Shown here: piece after piece, positions 1-9,336 of the stretch
Layout of the letters: the number at the start of each line of letters is the position of its first letter
Numbering within the stretch: the first letter of the stretch is position 1
Position numbers and translations under genes: made by a program
Notes under the pieces: generated by a model
What the model saw: the letters and a program-made list of their open reading frames with translations, nothing else
Databases searched by the model: none
Told to the model about the DNA's origin: nothing
Assembly: GCA_963675595.2 (NCBI GenBank)
Contig: CAXXLZ010000002.1
Span: 3,456,001-3,520,000 of the forward strand
Direction of reading: 5' to 3'
From: Thermodesulfobacteriota bacterium
GTDB taxonomy: Bacteria; Desulfobacterota; Desulfarculia; JACQYL01
Length of the DNA: 64,000 nt

Positions 1-990
1 TCCGCCTTCCACCACGACCTCCAGAGTCCGGAGGAGGTTGGCGGGGTCGATAAGGCCCATGTCGAAGCAAGGGGGCACGATGGGGTTCAAAGAGAGGATG
101 GTCTTGTCCGGGTGCAGGGCGGCCAAGCGTTTCACCAAATGAATCTCCGTTCCGACGGCCCATGCGGAACCCGGCGTGGCGTTTGAAATGCACTCGATGA
201 TCTTCTCCGTGGAGCCGTAATCATCCGCAGCCTGCACCACCTCCCGTGTACATTCCGGGTGCACGACCACTTTGATCCCGGGAATTTCACGCCTGAGACG
301 CTCGATGTCCGATGGGGAAAAGGCGTTATGGACGAAGCAGAAACCGTTCCACAAAATCACCTTTGTTGCTTGTCCGCCCCCCAAGAGGACGCCTGATTCT
401 CGGTTCCAGGTGCAAATTTCCTCGGCGCCCAACCCCAGGCCGTGAGCGGTGTTCAGACCCAAACAACGGTCCGGAAAGAACAGGACTCGTTTGCCTCGGT
501 CCAAAGCCCATGTCATGACTTCCTCGGCGTTGGATGAGGTGCACACCGCTCCTCCGGCCCGACCGCAGAAGTCTTTGAGTTCGGCCGAAGAATTTACATA
601 GGTGATGGGGATGATATCCGAACCCCACAAGCGCGCTAATTCGGACCAGCAATGGCGGACTTCCTCCGGTCGGGCCATATCCGCCATGGGGCAGCCTGCT
701 CGGGAATTCGGCAGGAAGACCCGTTGATCGGGTCCGGACAGGATATCCGCCGTCTCGGCCATGAAGCGGACGCCGCAGAACACGATGGCTTCGGCCTTCT
801 TTCGGCTCGCGGCCACACGGGAAAGCTTCAGCGAGTCGCCCACGAAGTCGGCATGGCGAATCACTTCGTCGGACTGGTAGTGATGGCCCAAAATGACCAG
901 CCGTTCACCAAGGTGGGTCCGCAGCCGCTCAATGCGGGTCGCCGTCTCTTCCATCACTACGGGTCCTGTGGCACGAGCAGGCGCGTTCAC
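1..990 (-). CDS. nadA: Quinolinate synthase NadA (3' end beyond the window)
   Basis: Manual translation from GTG at 990 (GGAGG RBS) gives LVILGHHYQSDEVIRHADFVGDSLKLS...IVFCGVRFMAETADIL. The segment at position 1 is in the same frame (LNPIVPPCFDMGLID). Missing from the ORF track because no stop lies in the window. Confidence 0.93.
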   Translation of the reverse strand, partial: MNAPARATGPVVMEETATRIERLRTHLGERLVILGHHYQSDEVIRHADFVGDSLKLSRVAASRKKAEAIVFCGVRFMAETADILSGPDQRVFLPNSRAGCPMADMARPEEVRHCWSELARLWGSDIIPITYVNSSAELKDFCGRAGGAVCTSSNAEEVMTWALDRGKRVLFFPDRCLGLNTAHGLGLGAEEICTWNRESGVLLGGGQATKVILWNGFCFVHNAFSPSDIERLRREIPGIKVVVHPECTREVVQAADDYGSTEKIIECISNATPGSAWAVGTEIHLVKRLAALHPDKTILSLNPIVPPCFDMGLIDPANLLRTLEVVVEGG

Positions 991-1081
991 GAGAAATCCT
1001 CCCCAAGAAACCCCGTTGGGCCAAAGCGTCTTTCAGTACTCATTCCGGTAAAGGTTCCCTTCACAGCCGGGCATTGTGGGC

Positions 1082-1915
1082 TCATGCGACCAGCAGCTGA
1101 GTCAAATCCAACGGGGGAGCGGAGTGGGTGAGCCAACCCAGGGAGATGAAGTCCACTCCTGCGGCCGCCGCTTCGACCACGTTGGCCGGGGTAATGTTGC
1201 CCGAGGCTTCGACAAGAGCGCGACGGCCGACGAGGCTCACGGCTTCTTTCATGGTTTCCGGGTCCATATTGTCCAGCATGATGATGTCCGCCCCGGCGGA
1301 CAAAGCCTGCGAGACTTCGTCCAGGTTCTCCGTTTCGACCTCGATCTTGACCAGGGGACCCACCCTGCGTCGAACCGTTTCCACCGCCTTGAGCACTCCT
1401 CCGGCCGCACGGAGGTGGTTTTCTTTGATCAGCACCGCGTCGTCGAGCCCGAAACGGTGATTGAATCCTCCTCCCACGGAAACGGCGTACTTCTCCAGCA
1501 TTCGCAGTCCCGGGGTCGTTTTTCGAGTATCCACAATTTTCACCGGCAGGTCTTTTACGGCGTCCACCACTTTTGCCGTCACGGACGCAATCCCGGAAAG
1601 GCGTTGCAGAAAATTCAGCGCCACTCGTTCAGCGGTCAACACGGCACGGGTATCACCCGTGATCAGCGCCAACCGATCGCCCGGTTTCAGTCGACCTCCT
1701 TCCGGAACAAGGGGCTCCACCACAACATCCGGGTCGAGCATCTTGTAGGCGTTCGAAGCGGCCTCCATGCCGGCGAGGACTCCATGCGATCGGCTGATGA
1801 TTTCGGCTCGGGTTACGACTCCGGCGGGAATCAGCGCTTCGGTGGTTATATCTCCTCGTCCCAGGTCTTCATCCAGAGCACGCCTGACCGTGTCCCGCAT
1901 CCGCATGGTGTTCAT
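1082..1915 (-). CDS. nadC: Nicotinate-nucleotide diphosphorylase (carboxylating)
   Basis: EDLGRGDITT, ERVALNFLQRLSGIA, DTRKTTPGLR, HRFGLDDAVLIKENH, IIMLDNM and EASGNIT motifs. Confidence 0.97.
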   Translation of the reverse strand: MNTMRMRDTVRRALDEDLGRGDITTEALIPAGVVTRAEIISRSHGVLAGMEAASNAYKMLDPDVVVEPLVPEGGRLKPGDRLALITGDTRAVLTAERVALNFLQRLSGIASVTAKVVDAVKDLPVKIVDTRKTTPGLRMLEKYAVSVGGGFNHRFGLDDAVLIKENHLRAAGGVLKAVETVRRRVGPLVKIEVETENLDEVSQALSAGADIIMLDNMDPETMKEAVSLVGRRALVEASGNITPANVVEAAAAGVDFISLGWLTHSAPPLDLTQLLVA

Positions 1916-3491
1916 TTTGGGTGTCGCTCCTTCTGAACGTGAATATCCGTCTGGCCAACCGCGCGGAAGCCTGGGGAAAATCGCTTCGGTAGTGGCTGCC
2001 TCGGCTTTCGGTACGCGCCGACGCGGCGGACAGGATCATACGGGCTACGCATGCCATATCGACCAAATCCACGGCCCCCGGAGGAGCCTGTGATTCGACC
2101 TCCGCCGTCTCGTGCAACGCCTGGATGAGTCCCTCGGCGCTGCGGACGAGCCCGGCATACCGCCACATGGTCTCGCGAAGAACCGTGATCAACTTCTGTT
2201 CCGCAGCGCTCGGCAAGGGAAGACACTCCGCGGGATTCCTGCCCGGGGGCAGCAAAGGTGTGAGGTCCGATTCGGAGATTTCCTTCAGCCGTCCGAGACA
2301 GGCGGGCAACGACGGATTCGATGCGATATGTCGGGCCGTTCTGTGGCTGAAGACCAGACCCTCCAAGAGGGAATTGCTCGCCAGTCTGTTGGCTCCGTGT
2401 ACTCCGGTGCGGGCTGCTTCTCCGCAGGCATGGAATCCCGGCACATGGGTGGCTCCGTTCAGGTCGGTGCGTACGCCGCCCATCAGAAAATGTGCGGCCG
2501 GCTTGACGGGCAGTTGTTGGCGGCCCGGATCCAGACCTCGTTTGCGGCACGCCTCGAATATGGAAGGGAAGCGGGACTGAAAGCCTTCTCCCATGGCCGT
2601 GGCGTCCAAAAAGACTTCTCTGCCGCGTCCCCTTTCCTGGAAGATGGCGCGGGCCACCACATCCCTCGGGGCGAGCTCCGCCCAAGGATGATATTCGGGC
2701 ATGAATCTCCGCCCGGTTTCGTCCACCAGGAGTGCGCCGTGTCCGCGTACCGCCTCGGAAATCAGGGGCAAAGGGTCTTCACCCGCGTCCAGAGCTGTGG
2801 GATGAAACTGAATGTATTCCATATCCGCGAGCTCGGCTCCCGCCCGCCAAGCCATGGCAATCCCGGAGCCGGTGCAGAAACGGCTGTTGGTCGTTCGGTG
2901 GTAGAGCCGGCCGCAGCCCCCGGTGGCCAGAACCACCGCACGGCCCAGGTATACCCTCGGGTTTTTGTCCGGACCCAGGGCAAAGACGCCTACGCACCGC
3001 CCCGCATGGGAGAGTATCTCAAGGGCTTGAACGTTTGTGTGGACTCGGGCGTTCTCCGCCCGCGAAATCATGTCGGCCAAAGCGAGGGCGATGGCCTTGC
3101 CGGTGGCGTCCCCACAGGCGGGAATGACTCGGGCCAGCCTGTGGGCGGCTTCCCTGGCGACGAAAAACCGTCCGTCGGCGCTGCGATCGAAAGGAACGCC
3201 TTTACGTGCCAATTCCCGAACGCGGGATACTCCTTCTTCCACCAGGACTCTCACGGATGCGGGATCGCACCCTCCGGCTCCGGCTCTCACCGTATCCTCG
3301 AAATGCCACTGGGGCGAATCGTCGGGGGCGACCGCGGCGGCTACGCCTCCCTGGGCCAAGGCCGTGTTGGAGTCCGTAATTTCCCCGCGGGTGAGTACGA
3401 TGACCTCCCCGTGGGCACAGGCGTCCAGGGCGCAGGCCAAACCGGCCACTCCGGACCCCAAGATTAAATAGTCCGTTGTAATGACTTCCAC
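1869..3491 (-). CDS. nadB: L-aspartate oxidase
   Basis: GSGVAG FAD motif, AQGGVAA, QFHPT, LISEAVRG, LAPRDVV, GVHGANRLASNSLLE and ESRGSHYR. GTG start at 3491 after GAGGG; the track's longer start is unlikely. Confidence 0.96.
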   Translation of the reverse strand: MEVITTDYLILGSGVAGLACALDACAHGEVIVLTRGEITDSNTALAQGGVAAAVAPDDSPQWHFEDTVRAGAGGCDPASVRVLVEEGVSRVRELARKGVPFDRSADGRFFVAREAAHRLARVIPACGDATGKAIALALADMISRAENARVHTNVQALEILSHAGRCVGVFALGPDKNPRVYLGRAVVLATGGCGRLYHRTTNSRFCTGSGIAMAWRAGAELADMEYIQFHPTALDAGEDPLPLISEAVRGHGALLVDETGRRFMPEYHPWAELAPRDVVARAIFQERGRGREVFLDATAMGEGFQSRFPSIFEACRKRGLDPGRQQLPVKPAAHFLMGGVRTDLNGATHVPGFHACGEAARTGVHGANRLASNSLLEGLVFSHRTARHIASNPSLPACLGRLKEISESDLTPLLPPGRNPAECLPLPSAAEQKLITVLRETMWRYAGLVRSAEGLIQALHETAEVESQAPPGAVDLVDMACVARMILSAASARTESRGSHYRSDFPQASARLARRIFTFRRSDTQNEHHADAGHGQACSG

Positions 3492-3604
3492 TTGACCCTC
3501 TCGAAAAGCATGTTGTTCAAGGCGGAGGCGGGGCGATCTCGTTGCATGCGAGAACCGTAGGGAAGAGTTTCGAAGAGGAGTTGTCATACCCCGCCACAAT
3601 CGAG

Positions 3605-3633
3605 CAGTTACTTCTTTACACCTGTCTTGTCAA
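3605..3633 (-). promoter_or_regulatory. Putative sigma70 promoter of nadBCA
   Basis: Minus strand TTGACA-N17-TAACTG, about 115 bp upstream of nadB. Confidence 0.45.
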
Positions 3634-3818
3634 GTGACTTGTCGGGCCAAGGCATGGAGAATTGAGCGATCGGCAGGGCGGGATTTGCCGTGCGTTCCTT
3701 CTTTCGTTTTTAGGGTTGCGCGGGTTTTGGGGAAGTCTTCCGGAAGGATCGGAGAAAGGTTGCTCGGGAGCAATCGGCAAAACCTTTATCCGATTGTATA
3801 CGACTTCGGTGGTATTGA

Positions 3819-4517
3819 TCAGTCGGATTCGGTGTACAGTACGGCGAGAATTCGGGTGACTTGGTCGCCGCGACTCTTGACCAGATGAGGAACGGTGCTG
3901 TCGTAATAAATCGACTCGCCGGGATGAAGGACGAATTCTTCTTCGCCCAAAGTCACGTGCATTTCTCCGTCCAGAACGAAGATGAACTCCTGACCGTCGT
4001 GGGTCGACGGAACTTCCTTTTCTTCGTCGGCAGGCTCAAGGGTGACCAGGAAGGGTTCCATGTGCCGGTCCTTCTTACCCGGCGCCAAGGACTCGTAGGA
4101 GTATCCGTATCGCTTGCCGTCCTTGGACGCGAAACGGCTCAGCGGTTGGCGATCCTCTTTTCGGACAACGCAAAACGGAAGGACGGGACCGCCGGTGAGC
4201 AGATGGCCCATCTTCATGTCCAGGGCCTTGCTCAGCTTGACGAGAACTCCGAGGGGCGGAGAAACCATCTCGTCTTCGATTTCTCGGAGCAGATCAACCG
4301 GATAACCGGTTCGGGAGGCCAAATCGTCAAGGGACAGCCCTTTTTCCTTACGAATCATCTTGACCCGTTCGCCGACCCGCTCCGCCGAGTCGTTTTCGGG
4401 TCCTTCCGCGGAATGGGCGCTCACGTTATCCAGGAAATCCCGAAGTCCCTCGGATTGGTCAACCTCTTCGCGGCGGTCCAACAGTTCTTCGTAGGCGGTT
4501 TCTTTTCCGGGTTTCAC
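3819..4517 (-). CDS. XRE-family HTH transcriptional regulator with C-terminal cupin domain
   Basis: VGERVKMIRKEKGLSLDDLASRTG HTH; HMEPFLVTL, HDGQEFIFVLDG and GESIYYDSTVPH cupin motifs. Confidence 0.92.
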   Translation of the reverse strand: MKPGKETAYEELLDRREEVDQSEGLRDFLDNVSAHSAEGPENDSAERVGERVKMIRKEKGLSLDDLASRTGYPVDLLREIEDEMVSPPLGVLVKLSKALDMKMGHLLTGGPVLPFCVVRKEDRQPLSRFASKDGKRYGYSYESLAPGKKDRHMEPFLVTLEPADEEKEVPSTHDGQEFIFVLDGEMHVTLGEEEFVLHPGESIYYDSTVPHLVKSRGDQVTRILAVLYTESD

Positions 4518-4541
4518 TCATCCACTCCGATGCGGGCCGGG

Positions 4542-4967
4542 TCATCCGGTTTGCAGCCGTTCTTTGGCGAAAAACGAGAACGCGATTTCCATATCCATTA
4601 GTTCCGCCACCATGAGGCGGCTGACGGTTTCCTTTTCCGTGCTGACGTACATCTTGTTCTTCTTGGTATTGTGGCTTACGAATTGGAAAAGCAGTGTCTC
4701 CTCCAGGACTCCGATGAAGCGCTTTCCGTCGTCGGCGGGCATGGCCACGGTGTAGGTCTTGTCACCTTCCTCGCGACTGATTTCTTTCAGCTCTTCCGAC
4801 CACTCCTCTTCCAATTGCTCGAGAAATTCATCGCACTCGTTGATTCGTTTACAGGTCAGGCAGAACCCACTGCATGGTCCTTCATTTAGTTTCTTTTCCC
4901 GATGTTCGGCGAGAGAAATGACTTTTGCGTGGCTTTTCTCCGTAAGCACTTGTCTCTTGTTTTCCAT
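4542..4967 (-). CDS. Hypothetical protein with a four-Cys motif
   Basis: 141 aa ORF with GAGGG RBS, co-oriented 25 bp upstream of the XRE gene; contains CSGFCLTCKRINEC. Confidence 0.7.
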   Translation of the reverse strand: MENKRQVLTEKSHAKVISLAEHREKKLNEGPCSGFCLTCKRINECDEFLEQLEEEWSEELKEISREEGDKTYTVAMPADDGKRFIGVLEETLLFQFVSHNTKKNKMYVSTEKETVSRLMVAELMDMEIAFSFFAKERLQTG

Positions 4968-5041
4968 CTTAAAGCGTTGCCCTCGTGTTCAAGCTGTGTT
5001 ACAGGTTCGCAGAATCACATTCTATCCGGTTTAGATCGGCC

Positions 5042-5641
5042 ATGAAAGAAAAAATTAAATCCATTCTCCGCAATCGCCCATGGGAGCGCATTGAATCCGA
5101 AGAATACCTGACGCCGGCGGCGGTCCTGATTCCCCTGTTTTGCAAGCAGGGAGACATGCATCTTCTCTTCACGGAGCGTACCAAGCGTGTGCGTCACCAT
5201 AAGGGGCAAATCTCTTTTCCCGGGGGTGCGCGCCACGACGAAGATACGGACCTGCTGGACACCGCGTTGCGGGAAACCTACGAGGAAGTGGGCGTGGCAC
5301 CGGACGACGTGGAGGTCCTTGGACGGCTCGACCAGAGCCGGACCATCACCAACTACGTGATTACGCCCTATCTCGGAATGATCCCCTATCCCTATCCTTT
5401 CGTGACAAACCCTGCCGAGGTGGAGCAACTCATCGAGGTTCCTTTGTCCTTCATTCTGGAGGATGCGAACCTGATCAACGATGAGGTGGACTTCGACGGA
5501 ACGCGGCTTGTGGCGGAGCAGTATCGCTACAACGGTGTGGTCATATGGGGAGCCACTCTTCGGATTCTGCATCAACTCCGCAACACGCTGGGGCACGAAC
5601 TCCAGGAAGAAACCGTTTGCGCCGACTCTCCTGAGAATTGA
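5042..5641 (+). CDS. Nudix hydrolase, CoA pyrophosphatase (NudL/PCD1) family
   Basis: AAVLIPL, HKGQISFPGG, TALRETYEEVG Nudix box, NPAEV and IWGAT. Confidence 0.93.
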   Translation: MKEKIKSILRNRPWERIESEEYLTPAAVLIPLFCKQGDMHLLFTERTKRVRHHKGQISFPGGARHDEDTDLLDTALRETYEEVGVAPDDVEVLGRLDQSRTITNYVITPYLGMIPYPYPFVTNPAEVEQLIEVPLSFILEDANLINDEVDFDGTRLVAEQYRYNGVVIWGATLRILHQLRNTLGHELQEETVCADSPEN

Positions 5642-5756
5642 CGTGAGTGCGGCGTCTGCGGCCGTTTGCGGAACATCCGTACATTTGTCGAAGCGGCGGC
5701 CCGTCGTTTAGGCGGCCGCCCGCCCGCTCTCCCTTGATGCCGGTCCGTTCGCGCGC

Positions 5757-6584
5757 TTATAGCCGACGGCCTTTGGCGATCGGTTCGCCGTCCAGGTGGA
5801 TGACCCCCTTCTCGTCCAAAGAGAAACGCCCCTGCGCAATCCACTGGATGGTCCTGGGAAAGATCTCCCAGTCTCCAACCTCTTTGAGGCGATCCTGGTG
5901 TTCGTCCGCCGTGCGTTCCAACAGCTCCGGGTCTCGGCGAAGCGTATCGATATCCGTGGGCAGGCGCACTTCCAAAGGTTTGGAAATCAGAAGCAAGGGG
6001 CCCGAATCCACTCCCAAGTCCGTCCATAAGGTGGAAGCCCGAAGTTCCCGCGAGCCCGCCGACAGAGCGTCTCTTACGGCGTGGTCCCCGACGAACCGCC
6101 TGGAGCCGTCCGGGTTTTCCACGGTGAGGTCCGCCGGGTGGACGTTTACGCAACGGGGAAGCGTGATGAAACTCATGTAGCCGCCTAAAGCGATAACGTC
6201 CACTTCAAAGGCTTCCACCAGCTTTCGAGCCACCTCATCGTATTCCCGACGAATCGCCATGCCTTCTTCGGTTGAAACCGACCGACGAACTCCTCGTATC
6301 TGATGGAAACGGCGCACGTCGTAGCTGAAATAGGGAATGCCGGCTTCGAGGGCGATGGCTTCACCCCGGGACCCTCCGTCGCTGCGGTCGCTGAAAATGA
6401 AGGCCAAGCGAAAGGGAGACCCCTCTTTCGACGATTCCAATCGACGCTGCAATTCCAGAAGCTTACGGATGTTGGTTCCCGAGCCGGACATGAAGCCGGC
6501 GACATGCATGGGGCGCTTTTTCTTCGCGGGATCGAAAAGCGGGGTCATGGCCATGAGGGGCGTCCTCCTGATGAGAAATTCCAT
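5757..6584 (-). CDS. PurN-like formyltransferase (formyl_trans_N family)
   Basis: GFMSGSGTN, ALGGYM, NVHPADL and GVDSGP motifs; longer than canonical PurN. Confidence 0.8.
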   Translation of the reverse strand: MEFLIRRTPLMAMTPLFDPAKKKRPMHVAGFMSGSGTNIRKLLELQRRLESSKEGSPFRLAFIFSDRSDGGSRGEAIALEAGIPYFSYDVRRFHQIRGVRRSVSTEEGMAIRREYDEVARKLVEAFEVDVIALGGYMSFITLPRCVNVHPADLTVENPDGSRRFVGDHAVRDALSAGSRELRASTLWTDLGVDSGPLLLISKPLEVRLPTDIDTLRRDPELLERTADEHQDRLKEVGDWEIFPRTIQWIAQGRFSLDEKGVIHLDGEPIAKGRRL

Positions 6585-6986
6585 AAGCGAAGGTCGCGAC
6601 CGACGATTCTCTTCGCAGAGTGTTGCAGCCGTCCGACGGAAACGGGAAAGGAGCCGGCGGACTCGATGGCGCGATCTTGGTTCAATTGGCCCTCACTATA
6701 AATAAAAAGAAGGAAGGGGTTCAACCCGAGCCCTCCGTATTTCCGAAACTCGCCGCCTGAAACTCCGGGCGGGCTTGCGGCTCAGCATTCGCTCGGTTCG
6801 CGATGAGTGGCACGCTCCCTTATTCGGCGGAGGATTCGTCGAATCTTGGGCCCATTCCATGTACTCTCCACGGAAAGCGCAATGGGGTTGCGTCCTTACA
6901 TGTGCTCATTTATGATCTTGGATATTCCATAGGCCGTTTCGAAGACGGCGTTTGAGCCCACTTCACCATTCAAACCGCGGTACATC

Positions 6987-9308
6987 ATGTCCGAGCCCGG
7001 AAAACAGCCCTCCAACGATTCGTCTTCTACCAGGGCGGAAGCCGTCCAAGGGGAACTCACCGCCGATTTCGACCGGTTCCGGGTGTTCATTCAGGACATC
7101 GGGGAGGGAATCTACGAAACCGATTTGAGAGGCACTTTCACCTTCTATAACAAGGCGCTGTGCCGCCTTTTCGGGTGCTCCCCCGCCGAAATGCGGGAGA
7201 GGCACTTCCGGGAATTCATGGACGAAGAGCATTCCCGGAAGGTTACCGAGCACATCAACCAAATTTACCGCACCGGCCGGGAAATCAACGATCTGGTGTG
7301 GCGGATCACTCGGAAAGACGGGGAAGAACGAATCATCGAGCTCTCCGCGAGTCTGATTTATAACGAGCGCGGCGTCAAGCAGGGGTTTCGAGGCATTGCC
7401 CGCGACATAACGGAGAAGCACTACGCCCGTTTGGCGCTCAAGCAGTCCGAGGAGCGCTACCACACCCAATATGAAGCGAGCCGTAGAGCGGAAATGCGAT
7501 ACCGTGCCCTGTTGGATTTCCTGCCGGACCCCATTGTAGTGTTGAGCATGGCCGGGAAAGTGGTCTATGTGAATCCCGCCTTCGTGAAAGTGTTCGGTTG
7601 GACTCTTGAAGAGCTCGAGGGAAAGCGGATTCCCTTTGTGCCGGAAGACCTGCGGCAAAAAAGCAGATTGGATTTGAAACGACTGCTTCGGGAAAAATTC
7701 GTTCATGGATATGAGACTCGCCGCCTGACCAAGGACGGCCGGGTGATGGACGTGATCATCGGCGCTGCGTTGTTCTATGAAGAGGGCGACAAGCCGGCGG
7801 GGCAGGTGGCTATTCTGAACGATGTGACTCAGGAACGACGAACCGCACGGACCAACGAGGCCTTGTTGCGCGTAAGCACGGCATTGCACGAGTTTCGGAC
7901 GTTGGAGGAGGTCCTTGAGGTCATCGTTAAGCAGGTCCAGGGATTGGTGGATGTGGAAGGCGCTTCCGTAATTCTGTTGGACGAGGAGCATGGCGAGTTT
8001 TTCTTTCCCGTGGCCGCTTACGATGATCCGATAACCGGGAAGAAGATGCGGGAAATCAGGTTCCCGGCGGGCAAGGGTGTGGCCGGGGAAGTCTTGCGCA
8101 CGGGCAGGCCTTTGATCGTGCATGATACCTCCAAAAGTCCGCACTTCTATCAGCTGGTGGACGTGCAATCGGAATATGTAACCCACAGTATGCTCGACGT
8201 TCCCATAGCCACTCAGGAACGGATCATCGGAGTGCTGTGCGCTGTCAACAAACGCGAAGGGGACTTCGACAAGACCGATGCGGACACATTGAGCGCCATC
8301 GCGAGCACTGTGGCATTGCCTATCGAAAACGCACGAATGAACGAGGAGCTGGCCAGGTCCTACCGTGAAGTACAGAGTTTGAACCGGGCCAAAGATCGGG
8401 TCATTCACCATCTGTCGCATGAGTTGAAGACGCCTTTGTCCGTGTTGGCCGGCACTTTCAGGATCCTGTCTAAAAAGATGGAGAGGAATAAGGATTCCGA
8501 TCCCGGTTTGTCCCGCACGTTCCTGCGGGCCGAACGTAACCTCGAAAGGCTGCTTCGGATGCAATACGGCATTGAAGACATCTTGAAGGATCGCAGCTAC
8601 GAGGTTCACTACCTGCTCTCCAGTCTTTTGGATGCCTGTTCGGACGAATTGGAGACTCTGGTGGAGGAGGAGAGTGGAGAAGAGAACGCGCTCGAGCGCA
8701 TTCGAAGCAAAGTGGACCGACTTTTCGGGCCCCGGAACCATGAAGTCGAGAAGATCGAGCTTGGGACTTTTGTTCGGGAGAGGATAGCCGACCTTGCTCC
8801 TCGGTTTGCTCACAGGAAGATTCAGTCGGCGGAAAACCTGGAACCGAACCGAGTCATCACCATTCCCAGGGAGCCGTTGCGTGTGATCGTGGACGGGCTG
8901 GTGCGCAACGCCGTTGAGAACACGCCGGACGAAGGCTTGGTGCGGATCGGAGTGTGGGGGGAAGACGGGAAAGTGATTTTGGAAGTCGAGGACTACGGGG
9001 TGGGCATAACGGAGGAGAGTCGGGAAAGCTTGTTCAAAGGGGTTTTCACGACCAGAGATATTGAAGGATACTCTTCGAGGTCCCCTTTCGATTTCAATGC
9101 CGGAGGGAAGGGGGTCGACCTGCTTCGAATGAAGATATTCTCGGAGCTGTACGACTTCACCATTCGTATGGATTCCGAACGATGCCGTTTTCTACCCGAG
9201 GACCGGGACGTTTGTCCCGGAAGCATTTCCGGCTGCCCGCACTGTGAGAAGGAGTCCGATTGCAAACGGTCCGGCCGGACGTCCGTTCGCGTGGAGTTCT
9301 CTCATTGA
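6987..9308 (+). CDS. Cytoplasmic PAS-PAS-GAF sensor histidine kinase
   Basis: Two PAS domains (FTFYNKAL..., VVYVNPAF...), GAF (GKGVAGEV...SMLDVP), HLSHELKTPL H-box, LVRNAVENT N-box and DYGVGI G1 box. Confidence 0.92.
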   Translation: MSEPGKQPSNDSSSTRAEAVQGELTADFDRFRVFIQDIGEGIYETDLRGTFTFYNKALCRLFGCSPAEMRERHFREFMDEEHSRKVTEHINQIYRTGREINDLVWRITRKDGEERIIELSASLIYNERGVKQGFRGIARDITEKHYARLALKQSEERYHTQYEASRRAEMRYRALLDFLPDPIVVLSMAGKVVYVNPAFVKVFGWTLEELEGKRIPFVPEDLRQKSRLDLKRLLREKFVHGYETRRLTKDGRVMDVIIGAALFYEEGDKPAGQVAILNDVTQERRTARTNEALLRVSTALHEFRTLEEVLEVIVKQVQGLVDVEGASVILLDEEHGEFFFPVAAYDDPITGKKMREIRFPAGKGVAGEVLRTGRPLIVHDTSKSPHFYQLVDVQSEYVTHSMLDVPIATQERIIGVLCAVNKREGDFDKTDADTLSAIASTVALPIENARMNEELARSYREVQSLNRAKDRVIHHLSHELKTPLSVLAGTFRILSKKMERNKDSDPGLSRTFLRAERNLERLLRMQYGIEDILKDRSYEVHYLLSSLLDACSDELETLVEEESGEENALERIRSKVDRLFGPRNHEVEKIELGTFVRERIADLAPRFAHRKIQSAENLEPNRVITIPREPLRVIVDGLVRNAVENTPDEGLVRIGVWGEDGKVILEVEDYGVGITEESRESLFKGVFTTRDIEGYSSRSPFDFNAGGKGVDLLRMKIFSELYDFTIRMDSERCRFLPEDRDVCPGSISGCPHCEKESDCKRSGRTSVRVEFSH

Positions 9309-9336
9309 CGACCAACTCTTACCCGTTTTGGCTTTT

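Noticed and set aside
326-1131. Track ORFs 326-652(-), 636-818(-) and 652-1131(+) as genes or as a frameshifted nadA
   Set aside because: The nadA start at 990 and the segment at position 1 are in the same frame; these ORFs are off-frame or antisense shadows.
6740-6800. AAACTCGCC...GCGGCTCAGCA as a REP-like repeat
   Set aside because: Only a vague resemblance, with no second copy in the window.
6963-8813. Long antisense ORFs (616 aa here; also 2112-3467, 14031-15377, 18532-19572, 37068-38111) and the same-strand off-frame ORF 57291-58661
   Set aside because: They overlap well-supported genes and lack motifs; such shadows are expected in GC-rich DNA.
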